From Chloroflexia bacterium (GTDB lineage: Bacteria; Chloroflexota; Chloroflexia; Thermomicrobiales; CFX8): a DNA stretch of 64,000 nt. This document shows, piece after piece, positions 18,330-27,154 of the stretch; position 1 is the stretch's first letter; each line of letters starts with the position of its first letter. The stretch covers positions 2,801 through 66,800 of the forward strand of contig JAUIIK010000005.1 of the NCBI GenBank assembly GCA_030431755.1, read 5' to 3'. A program made the position numbers and the translations under genes. Under the pieces are notes generated by a model, which made no database searches, was not told the origin of the DNA, and was given only the letters and a program-made list of their open reading frames with translations.

Positions 18330-18472
18330 GCTTGTCGGCCCTACGAGTCGGTCGAATCCACACTCACCACGGATAACATAAGATATATTAATATATTGCT
18401 TTACGTTTCTCAGTATTTCGTGTACGTTTGTCGAGCCGCAATGAGGCGGTAGCTGCACGAACAGGAAGCGCG

Positions 18473-19447
18473 ATGAACGCGATCTCGGTCAGCGATCTGA
18501 CAAAGACGTACGGCAACGGTGTCGAAGCGCTACGCGGCGTCTCGTTCGAGGTGGCTCAGGGTGAAATCTTCGGTCTCCTTGGGCCCAATGGCGCAGGCAA
18601 GAGCACGACCGTCCGCATCCTCGCGACGTTGACCCAACCGGGCGGCGGCGCTGCTATCGTCGGCGGCCACAATGTCATCGACGATCCGGCCGGGGTGCGC
18701 CGCAGCATCGGCTACGTCGCCCAGGCGTCCGGCGTCGACCGCTGGGGCACTGGTCGGGAGAACCTGGTCCTCCAGGCGCAGATCCTGCGCGTCCCTTCCG
18801 GCCAGATCGGGCAACGTGTCGACGAACTGCTTGCGTGGGTCGGCCTGACCGACGCCGCCGACAAGCTGGTCAACACCTACTCCGGCGGCATGAAGCGCCG
18901 CATCGACATCGCCATGGGGATTATCCACGAGCCGGCCATCCTCTTCCTGGATGAACCGACAACCGGCCTCGACCCGGAAACGCGCGCCGCGCTCTGGACC
19001 GATCTCGACGGGCTGCGGCGCGACCGCAACCTGACGGTGCTCTTGACAACCCACTACCTCGAAGAGGCCGACCGGCTCTGCGACCGGCTGGCGATCGTCG
19101 ACCAGGGCCAGGTCGTCGTCGAGGGCACCCCGAACGATCTCAAAGCCGCGATCCGTGGCGACACCGTCACGCTCGAAGTTGGCGAGAGCACTGCGGCGGC
19201 CCGCGAGACACTGCGCGGCCTGGACGACGTCTACGAGGTCATCCCGGACGGCGGCAGCGTCATCGCCAACGTCGCCCGTGGCGCAGCCGCGATCCCACAG
19301 CTGGTCACGGCGCTGGAGCGCGCCAGCATCGATGTCCAGGAGGTGACGCTGAGCCGGCCATCACTCGACGATGTCTACCTGCAATACACCGGTCACCGTT
19401 TCGTGCCGGGTGAAGCCACCGGCACAGGAGAAGAGCCGCGACGATGA
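18473..19447 (+). CDS. ABC-2 type exporter ATP-binding protein (DrrA-like)
   Basis: Walker A GPNGAGKST, signature YSGGMKRR, Walker B LFLDEPTTGLD. ATG at 18473; the ORF is open from 18428. Confidence 0.85.
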   Translation: MNAISVSDLTKTYGNGVEALRGVSFEVAQGEIFGLLGPNGAGKSTTVRILATLTQPGGGAAIVGGHNVIDDPAGVRRSIGYVAQASGVDRWGTGRENLVLQAQILRVPSGQIGQRVDELLAWVGLTDAADKLVNTYSGGMKRRIDIAMGIIHEPAILFLDEPTTGLDPETRAALWTDLDGLRRDRNLTVLLTTHYLEEADRLCDRLAIVDQGQVVVEGTPNDLKAAIRGDTVTLEVGESTAAARETLRGLDDVYEVIPDGGSVIANVARGAAAIPQLVTALERASIDVQEVTLSRPSLDDVYLQYTGHRFVPGEATGTGEEPRR

Positions 19448-20217
19448 TGACCTTCTTTCCTGACACTTACCACCTGACGCTGCGCCACATCCGCACAACC
19501 CTGCGCATTCCGATCTGGATCTTCGTGACGCTGACCCAGCCGGTCATCTGGCTGACGCTCTACGGCCAGCTCTTCCAGCGGGTCGTCGAGATCCCCGGCT
19601 TCGAGGGCGACAGCTATATCCAGTTCCTGACGCCCGGTGTCATCATCATGACCGCCTTCTTCGGCTCGGCCTGGGCCGGGATGGGCATCATCGAGGATCT
19701 CCAGCACGGCGTCATCGACCGGATGCTAGCGACCCCGGTCAACCGCGCTTCACTCATTGCCGCGCGGGTCGTCCACGCCTCGCTGACCGTCGCGATCCAA
19801 TCGATCATCATCATCGTTCTGGGCATGGTCCTGGGCGCGAGCGTGCCTGGCGGCGTGCCCGGCGTGCTGGCAATTCTGCTGCTTGGCGCGCTGCTTGGGG
19901 CAGGCTTCTCGGCGATCTCGAACGGCGTTGCCCTGCTGACCCGCCGCGAGGAGACGTTGATAGCAATCATCAACTTCTTCGGGCTGCCGCTCGTCTTTCT
20001 CTCGACAGCCTTCATGGCCTCCGACCTGATGCCGGACTGGATCCGCTTCCTGGCCCAGGGCAACCCGGTCAACTGGGCGGTCAACGGCGCCCGCGACGCG
20101 ATGGTTGGCGAGAATTGGGCGACCACCTGGGCTTATGTCGCGCTGCTCTCCGCCTTCGTCCTCGTCGCCGGCTTCTTCAGCACCCAGGCGTTTCGGATCT
20201 ACCAGCGCTCGGCGTGA
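19444..20217 (+). CDS. ABC-2 type transporter permease (DrrB-like)
   Basis: Six predicted TM segments. ATGA start/stop overlap with the upstream ATPase. Confidence 0.8.
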   Translation: MMTFFPDTYHLTLRHIRTTLRIPIWIFVTLTQPVIWLTLYGQLFQRVVEIPGFEGDSYIQFLTPGVIIMTAFFGSAWAGMGIIEDLQHGVIDRMLATPVNRASLIAARVVHASLTVAIQSIIIIVLGMVLGASVPGGVPGVLAILLLGALLGAGFSAISNGVALLTRREETLIAIINFFGLPLVFLSTAFMASDLMPDWIRFLAQGNPVNWAVNGARDAMVGENWATTWAYVALLSAFVLVAGFFSTQAFRIYQRSA

Positions 20218-20255
20218 GGGTGAGTTTGTAGTTTGTAGGTTGTAGTTTGTAGGAA
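20217..20255. repeat. repeat family A arm (GGGTGAGTTTGTAGTTTGTAGGTTGTAGTTTGTAGGAAG)
   Basis: Closely related copies at 31268-31299 (same orientation) and at 31369-31405 and 55931-55962 (reverse). Confidence 0.8.
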
Positions 20256-20372
20256 GACCGCGCAGTGTAGTCCCCGCGCAGCGAATGGGCTATAGTCAGG
20301 GTTTGCAGGAGAGTAATGAATCGCGCCCGCCCCATTTCTTCAGGCTGAAACGCCCTGGAAAGTCACCACCGC

Positions 20373-21761
20373 TTGGACCCAACTGAATTCCGCCGCCTCG
20401 TCCGCCACGGCCTCGGCCGCGCCGCTCTCCACCTCCAGCAACATGATCCGGAGCCTTTTCTAGAGACCATCGTAGAGTCGTGCAAGTCGAATGATTGCTA
20501 CGATCGTCAGGTTAACGGCAACCGGACGCAGTATCACTGGGACCTAATCGAAGCTGCGTCGGCGCATCAGTTGGTCTTCGATGCCCTGGCAAACGAATTC
20601 GGGTCGACACTCGAAGTCCCATACTGGACAGTAAAGATCATGGAGCGTTTCGCCCAGGTCAAATTTCCTGGAGCGCTTCCATTCCTGGAATCCGCATTGC
20701 GGCGCGATCCGACAAGTTGGTCCGTTATCAGTGCATTGATCGGTGTGGACGGCCTCGGCAGCCTCCCACGCATCAGCTCTAACCTCTCGTCCGTTGAGGC
20801 TGACCATGACAATGTCTGCGACGCCGCGAGACACGCTCTCTATCTAGCGGGCGAAGAACTGGGCAATCAAGCTCTTCTGGCCGATGTCTTGTCAGAACTG
20901 CCCGATGATCAACAAGACGCCATCGAGAAGCTTCGCACCATCGTAGCCCGCTATAGGCGGAATCGCAATGTCCGGAATGGGCACCGCGACGACTCGCGAA
21001 GACGCCGGAAGGATCCATCGAACATCCCGTTTCGCGATGTCTGGACCTCTGTGGAGGACCAGATCAAATCAAGCTCGATTCGTTCGGGTGTCATCTCGAC
21101 CGATTCCGGATACACAAGCTACCGAGAATGGGGCAAGCACGCAGATGACCTTCAGATCGAGCACGCTGCCTACGAACTATCCGCTCATGCGCCAACGGAT
21201 GTAGCGAGGATTGCCCGCTATGCACAAGTGTTCGCGAAGCGACCGTATCCGCTTGATCCACAGATCCTCATCGATGCGATAGACACGAACATAGAATTAG
21301 GGGATCAAGACTATTGGATCAGTCCTGAAGGTTGGGCAGTACACTGCTGCCTTCGTGCGCTGAGCAACATGTCAGACTCCAGGATATCTGACATGTCCAC
21401 CAGGCTGCGTAACCGTAGCGATCACTGGCGCGGCTATTGGACGATTCTGTTTCCTCCCAACGACAGCGGAAGCTATGCCGAATTGTTCGAGGAATCCATG
21501 CGCTCGGAGACGGACGAAGAAGTAATTCACTCATGGGGCTCCGATCTCTGTGATCGTGCCGGGAGATTTTCCACCCCGGCGTTCGCAAGACCGCTCGCAC
21601 TGCTCTACGACAGCAACCCATGCGGTGTATGCCGCCACGACACGGTCAAGCTGTTGCATAGAATCGGAGCGTTGACGGACAGAATGGCTCGCGAGTGCCA
21701 CTACGACTCCAACGAGTCCACCCGCGAGTTCGTCGCGTCTATCGCTGGGACACCGTCGTAG
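20373..21761 (+). CDS. hypothetical protein (orphan, visibly lower GC than its neighbours)
   Basis: 462-aa ORF with a TTG start. Non-repetitive, protein-like composition. No recognisable motif. Confidence 0.5.
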   Translation: MDPTEFRRLVRHGLGRAALHLQQHDPEPFLETIVESCKSNDCYDRQVNGNRTQYHWDLIEAASAHQLVFDALANEFGSTLEVPYWTVKIMERFAQVKFPGALPFLESALRRDPTSWSVISALIGVDGLGSLPRISSNLSSVEADHDNVCDAARHALYLAGEELGNQALLADVLSELPDDQQDAIEKLRTIVARYRRNRNVRNGHRDDSRRRRKDPSNIPFRDVWTSVEDQIKSSSIRSGVISTDSGYTSYREWGKHADDLQIEHAAYELSAHAPTDVARIARYAQVFAKRPYPLDPQILIDAIDTNIELGDQDYWISPEGWAVHCCLRALSNMSDSRISDMSTRLRNRSDHWRGYWTILFPPNDSGSYAELFEESMRSETDEEVIHSWGSDLCDRAGRFSTPAFARPLALLYDSNPCGVCRHDTVKLLHRIGALTDRMARECHYDSNESTREFVASIAGTPS

Positions 21762-22203
21762 GACGACCCCGCCAGCCGCGGCGGATGGGTTCGCGCCAGG
21801 CGAGGAGGACGGCGAGCAGGACGACGCCGACGATGTTGACGGCGATCTGGGTGTACTCGGTGACGAAGCCGTTGACCGTCGTGCTCTCGGTATAGCCCAG
21901 CGGGAAGGCGAAGAACTGCTCGGTGGGACTGCCAACCGGCTCCCAGGCGTAAATCGGGATCTGCACGGCCGCCCAGCCAAGCAGCACCAGCCAGCCGGTG
22001 TTGCCGCCCGGTGTACGCCAGAGCACCACGCCGCCAGCGATACCGACGAGCGCAACGACGGCCCGGCTATACGCCACCCACTCGGCATCGAACAACGGGC
22101 CAAGGTCGACCAGGATCGACAGGACCCTGACGACGACCGCGTAGGTCGCGACCCAGTTCAGCTGCTTCGTGTGACGGTTCCACTCTTCGCGCAGACCTGA
22201 CAT
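21739..22203 (-). CDS. hypothetical membrane protein
   Basis: 154-aa ORF with about four hydrophobic helices. Confidence 0.5.
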   Translation of the reverse strand: MSGLREEWNRHTKQLNWVATYAVVVRVLSILVDLGPLFDAEWVAYSRAVVALVGIAGGVVLWRTPGGNTGWLVLLGWAAVQIPIYAWEPVGSPTEQFFAFPLGYTESTTVNGFVTEYTQIAVNIVGVVLLAVLLAWREPIRRGWRGRPTTVSQR

Positions 22204-22214
22204 GACTATCCGAG

Positions 22215-23858
22215 CTACTCCCCGAACCGGCCAGTGGCGTCGTAGACGGTCCGGCCCTCGACAACCGTCGCCAGCACGCCGAGATTCAGCAGCTCATTCG
22301 GATCGACGGCGGTAGGGTCGGCGTCGAGGATGCAGAGATCGGCGTACTTGCCCGGCACAAGCGAGCCCTTGCGGTCCTCGGCGAACTCGGCCCAGGCGGC
22401 GTCGAGCGTGTAGCCCTTCAGCGTCTCCTCGATGGTCAATGCCTCCCCAGGCCAGCGCCCGCCGGGCGGGTTACCGTGGATGTCCTGACGGGTGACGGCG
22501 TGATAGAGCCCGACCCGTGGATCGAGCGTCTCGACCGGCCAATCGGTACCGAGACAAATGTGCGTCCCGATATCGAGGAACGAGCGCCAGGCGTAGGCTG
22601 TCTTGACCCGCTCCGGCCCAACCCGCGACTCGACCCAATTGAGGTCGGTGATGCCGTGAACAGGCTGGAGCGATGCGATGACGCCGAGCTGCGGGAAGCG
22701 CTCCATATCCTCGCGGGTGATCGACTGCTCGTGTTCGATGCGGTGGCGGTGGTCGGGCCAGTCGAATTGCTTCGTCACGTGCTCGATCGCGTCGAGCGCC
22801 ATCCGGCAGGCGGCGTCGCCGATGGCGTGCAACGCGACCTGGATGCGGTGCCGGTGGGCGCGTTCGATGATCGGGTTCAGCTCCTCCTGACTGATCCTGA
22901 AGACGCCGGTGTTGCCAGGATCGTCGCTGTACGGCTCCAGCATCGCCGCCGTGCGCGAGCCCAGCGTGCCGTCGAGACTGAGCTTCAACGCGCCGAGCTT
23001 GATCCAGTCGTCACCGAAACCGGTCCGGACGCCCATCTTGATCATCGGCTCCAGGAACGGCTCCGGAACCTCCCAGCCCCGCAGCAGCGTGTTGACTCGC
23101 ACGGTCAGGTCGCCACGTTCGCGAAACTCCTGGTAGAGCGCGATATCCTCGGCCGGCGCATTGTCATGGATGCTCGTGATGCCGAAGCGGGCAGCCTCGG
23201 CCAAGGCGTCGGAGAGCGCCTTGCGTTGCTCGGCCTTGCCCGACGCCGGCAGGATGCGTTCGACCATGAGTTTGGCGGTCTCCTGGAGAATCCCGGTCGG
23301 CTCGCCGTGCTCGTCACGGACGATGTGGCCGCCGTATGGGTCGTCCGTGTCACGGGTAATCCCGGCAGCCTGTAACGCGAGCGAGTTGGCCCAACCGACG
23401 TGTCCATCGGCCCGGCCCAGGTAGACCGAGTTGTGTGGCGAAACCTCGTCAAGCTCCTCTTTCGTCGGCAGCGCCACAACGTCGGTGCGCTTCGTGTCAT
23501 CCCAGCCGCGCCCGACAACCCAGTCACCCGGCTCTGCGTCCCGCGCCTTCGCGAGCACCGCCTGCTGCCACTCGCGCATAGTAAAGATGCCGCCGAGCCG
23601 CACGCGGCTGAGGGTCATCCCGCCGCTGACGAAGTGCGTGTGGGCATCGATGAAGCCCGGCATTACCGTCGCGCCATCGAGGTCAACGACCTTCTTCGCG
23701 GAGGACACAAGCCCGTCAAGCTCCTCGTCCGAGCCCACGGCGACGATCCGGCCATCCCGTATGGCTAGCGCCTGCGCCCTGGGCTGCCCGGCGTCAATCG
23801 TCAGAACATTCGCATTCCGCAACAGCAGATCCACGTCACACCCCTCAGTCCCGGCCAC
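22215..23858 (-). CDS. amidohydrolase family protein (YtcJ-like, amidohydrolase 3)
   Basis: N-terminal PGFIDAHTH metal-binding motif, internal HAIGD, and a C-terminal GSLVPGKYADL block. Confidence 0.85.
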   Translation of the reverse strand: MAGTEGCDVDLLLRNANVLTIDAGQPRAQALAIRDGRIVAVGSDEELDGLVSSAKKVVDLDGATVMPGFIDAHTHFVSGGMTLSRVRLGGIFTMREWQQAVLAKARDAEPGDWVVGRGWDDTKRTDVVALPTKEELDEVSPHNSVYLGRADGHVGWANSLALQAAGITRDTDDPYGGHIVRDEHGEPTGILQETAKLMVERILPASGKAEQRKALSDALAEAARFGITSIHDNAPAEDIALYQEFRERGDLTVRVNTLLRGWEVPEPFLEPMIKMGVRTGFGDDWIKLGALKLSLDGTLGSRTAAMLEPYSDDPGNTGVFRISQEELNPIIERAHRHRIQVALHAIGDAACRMALDAIEHVTKQFDWPDHRHRIEHEQSITREDMERFPQLGVIASLQPVHGITDLNWVESRVGPERVKTAYAWRSFLDIGTHICLGTDWPVETLDPRVGLYHAVTRQDIHGNPPGGRWPGEALTIEETLKGYTLDAAWAEFAEDRKGSLVPGKYADLCILDADPTAVDPNELLNLGVLATVVEGRTVYDATGRFGE

Positions 23859-23932
23859 AATCGAGCACCATCGGCTTCTTCGCCTCTAGCCTAGCGCGAC
23901 GCCACCATGCGGGAAACCAATCCCCTATCAAC

Positions 23933-24007
23933 CGTAGGGGTGGAGTTCATCTCCACCCGGCGACAGGATCGTAGACAACCCGGGTGGAGATGAACCCCAC
24001 CCCTACG
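23933..24007. repeat. miniature inverted pair of repeat family B (two 28-bp arms, 19-bp spacer)
   Basis: CGTAGGGGTGGAGTTCATCTCCACCCGG (23933-60) against CCGGGTGGAGATGAACCCCACCCCTACG (23980-24007). Each arm contains the GGTGGAG/CTCCACC hairpin. Confidence 0.75.
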
Positions 24008-24030
24008 AGTGTTCGACGGTATCGATTCCT

Positions 24031-24903
24031 TCAGTGTATTCGCTGTTGCTCGGCCAACACGGCGCTGAAGAAGGATTCCACGGTCGGCACGATCTCGAAA
24101 CCGGCGTGCGCCACGCCGGGCACGGTATCAAATTGGACGGCGATGTCGCGCTGCTCGAAGCTCTCGCGGAGCGCTGTGAGGCGGTCGATCCGTGTGACAC
24201 CGGAGTCGTTGACGCCCGGCATGTACCAGCGCCCGCCTTCGGGGATCGTGATCTCCCAGGTCTCGATGTCATTGCCGCCGACGACCATCTGGACCGGGAC
24301 ATTCCGCATGGCGTCGAGATCAAGCTCAATATCGAACACATTCTTGAGGTCAGCGACACCAACCCACCAGGGCTTAGTGTCGTCAAGCAACGTCACCATG
24401 CCCGGCGCGCCGATTGAGATCGCCGCCAGACGCTGTGGGTGCAGGTAGAAGAAGCGGTGGGCGAAGTGACCGCCGCCCGAGAAGCCGTGGAGGAGGAAGC
24501 GCTTGTGTTCGATGCGGTAGGTTTCGGCAACTTCATCGACCATCGCCAGGAGAATCAGGTCAAAGCGCATGTCGTGGAACTTGATGAACTTGTAGTTGCT
24601 CATCTCGCCCGGCTCAATAAGGCCAGCCGGGAAGAGCGGCGCGAGGACGATACACTGCTCCCGCTCGGCGAACTCAGCAAAGGCATCGCGGTATTGTTGG
24701 GCGGGGCGGCTCGTGCCATGTACCACGACGATCAGCGGGTACTGCTGGTCGCCATCTTCGTCATAGTCATGCGGCACATAGAGGCAGTAGGAACAGCGTT
24801 GGTCGTACCGGCAAGCGAAGAGCGTCGTCCGGCCGAAGCCGTAGTGCGAGATCTGCTTGCCGTGTCCCGGCTCGCGTGCGGGGAGCGCCATCGCAATCGC
24901 CAC
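24031..24903 (-). CDS. alpha/beta hydrolase (esterase/depolymerase-like)
   Basis: Nucleophile elbow GFSGGG, followed by Asp and His positions typical of the serine hydrolase fold. Confidence 0.7.
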   Translation of the reverse strand: MAIAMALPAREPGHGKQISHYGFGRTTLFACRYDQRCSYCLYVPHDYDEDGDQQYPLIVVVHGTSRPAQQYRDAFAEFAEREQCIVLAPLFPAGLIEPGEMSNYKFIKFHDMRFDLILLAMVDEVAETYRIEHKRFLLHGFSGGGHFAHRFFYLHPQRLAAISIGAPGMVTLLDDTKPWWVGVADLKNVFDIELDLDAMRNVPVQMVVGGNDIETWEITIPEGGRWYMPGVNDSGVTRIDRLTALRESFEQRDIAVQFDTVPGVAHAGFEIVPTVESFFSAVLAEQQRIH

Positions 24904-25060
24904 CGTTCATCTCAACGTCACGCGCGCCGCCATCGAGATCACAGCGCCGGGAGCCTTCGTATCCTGCGCCGCTACTCTACTTCGATCCCGCAACTGGCGA
25001 AAGTTCAAGGTGTCGGTCCAGTCCCCCTTATACAAGCCAGCAAGGTCAGCGCACGTCGTC

Positions 25061-26857
25061 CTACGTAGCAGGCACAAGATGATCGGCGCAGCTGCCGCCA
25101 TTGTCGTCGCTGTTCGTGCCGTCCGGGCAGATGGTGTCCACGAACGACGGCATGACGAGCGTCGCCGAACGCAGCTCCGCGCCGAGGAGATTCGCACCGC
25201 TGAAGAGCGGTTGCGCGAGGGTCGCGCCGGAGAAATCCGCGCCAACGAGCGATGTCCTGGTGAAGCCCGGTTGCGCCAGGCTCGTGTCATGAAAGAGCGC
25301 ACCGTCGAGGATCGTGTTCGTGAAGTCCGGCTGCGCGAGGTCGGCACGGGTGAAATCCGCCATGCCGGCATTGACTGCGGTGAAGTCTCCCTGGGCAACG
25401 GTCGCGTCCGAGAAGTCAGCGCAAACCAGCCCTTGCCCACTGAACACGGGCTGCATGAGCACCTGGCCCGAGAAATCGGGTCCATCGCCGGGGCTACATG
25501 CGCCGCCGGGCGGGTCGCCTGGATCGTCCAGCCTGCCGAGGCAGGTGCCGCCTGAGCTATCGCTGTTGCTGCCATCAGGGCAGATCGTATTGACGAAGGT
25601 CGGCATGACAAAGCTGGCCGTCGCCATCTGCGCGCCAAGCAGGTTTGCGTTGACAAAGGACGGCTGACTGAACGAGGCGCCGGAGAAATCGACGTTTGTC
25701 GCGACCGTGCCGTTGAACTCCGGCTGCTCCAGCTCCGCTCCGACGAAGGATGCGCCGTCCAGGTCTGTGTTTACGAACTCGGGCTGCCGCAGGAGCGCAT
25801 CATCGAAGTTCGCCAACCGGGCATTAGCCCGCGTGAAGTTGCCCTGTGCGACATCGGCGTTCGTGAAGACCGCGCAGCGCAGGTCCTCGTCGACATACGA
25901 CGGCTGCAACAGCAACTGCCCGGCGAAGTTCGGACCGCTGCCGGGCTCGCAAGCACTACCTGGCGGTGGTGGTGGCGGCGCGCCATCGTCGTAACGCCAG
26001 GCGCGGTAGTGCAACCCGACGTTGCCGGCCTCGACCTGCCACTGTGGCGCATTGTCGGGTGTATAGGTGAGGCATCTGCGCTGGAAGCACTGGAGCAGCA
26101 ACAGCTTCGTCACCCCGCCGACCTGGACATCCGCCCAGTAGGCCTCGGTCACCGGGAAGCCGGTTGCGAAGTAGGGATTCTGGAAGAGGACGTCAGCGAC
26201 AAACGCGCCGTCCACGTAGACCGTGCCGGTCGAGTTCATGAAATCCCAGAACGGCCCGGCGACGGCATGGCCTGTCTCGGCAGTAACGACCGACGCCTGA
26301 ACGCCGTAGGTTGCGAGGTTTGCATCGACTGAGACAGTGCCCGAGCGGTCGATCCGCTGCACGAGCCCAGCGCCGGGCGCGGCTGCCGGGAGTTCCGTCA
26401 CCGTAGCCATCGTCGCGTAGGTCGGGCCATTCGGATCGCCGGCGTCGCCAGCCACATTCACCTGTGCCGAACTCCGTGTGACAAACGCGTTGTCGCCCAC
26501 CTGCATCGCGCCGGTCATCAGCTCGATGACGAGCAATCCATTGGTGACGTACCAGATCGACTCCTGATCACCGTCGGCGAAGGTGACCTCCATCCGCGCC
26601 TTGTCGTAGTACTGCACGCTGCGTTCGCCGCCCGTTGATTCCTCATAGGGCTCGTGCAGCACGTCGGTCACCGGTCCCGGCCCCCAGATCCAGGTGCGCT
26701 GCGCTTGGCCGCTCGCCACCGGCAAATCCGGCCGCTGCCATGTCCGCTCGAAGACCACGTCGGCATTGCCGTGGGTCGCAAGTACGACACCCTGTAGCTG
26801 CGCGACCAGGCCGACCACCACAATGCAGACGATTCCAACCCTGGCTACCACCGCCAC
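25061..26857 (-). CDS. secreted/membrane-anchored protein with an N-terminal unknown domain and two tandem pentapeptide-repeat modules
   Basis: N-terminal hydrophobic anchor. The C-terminal half has runs of A(D/N)LxG/ADFxx pentapeptides, duplicated as two modules of about 150 aa that each end in ...TICPDG(S/T)NSD..GG(T/S)C. Confidence 0.75.
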   Translation of the reverse strand: MAVVARVGIVCIVVVGLVAQLQGVVLATHGNADVVFERTWQRPDLPVASGQAQRTWIWGPGPVTDVLHEPYEESTGGERSVQYYDKARMEVTFADGDQESIWYVTNGLLVIELMTGAMQVGDNAFVTRSSAQVNVAGDAGDPNGPTYATMATVTELPAAAPGAGLVQRIDRSGTVSVDANLATYGVQASVVTAETGHAVAGPFWDFMNSTGTVYVDGAFVADVLFQNPYFATGFPVTEAYWADVQVGGVTKLLLLQCFQRRCLTYTPDNAPQWQVEAGNVGLHYRAWRYDDGAPPPPPPGSACEPGSGPNFAGQLLLQPSYVDEDLRCAVFTNADVAQGNFTRANARLANFDDALLRQPEFVNTDLDGASFVGAELEQPEFNGTVATNVDFSGASFSQPSFVNANLLGAQMATASFVMPTFVNTICPDGSNSDSSGGTCLGRLDDPGDPPGGACSPGDGPDFSGQVLMQPVFSGQGLVCADFSDATVAQGDFTAVNAGMADFTRADLAQPDFTNTILDGALFHDTSLAQPGFTRTSLVGADFSGATLAQPLFSGANLLGAELRSATLVMPSFVDTICPDGTNSDDNGGSCADHLVPAT

Positions 26858-27154
26858 CCTCGTTTCACGCTCGCCTATTTACTGAACAATGTTAATAAAA
26901 CAGCGAGATGTTACGAGAGTATTGCGACGGCGGCCACCTCGGATTGTGCTGCATTGCCGACATCAGATCATTTCAATGCGCATCGGCCAGCGTGTCAGGG
27001 TGTATGGCCGCGGCTAAGCCTGTAACGCTCGCTCTTGAAGCGGACTTAACGACATGAGTGACAGCAAACACCAGGCATTGCCCGCGCGACCTGCTCGAAC
27101 TCGTCCCGTGAGAGGCGACAACGGCGACTTTGTCAGGCGCTGAAGGGAGTTGCG

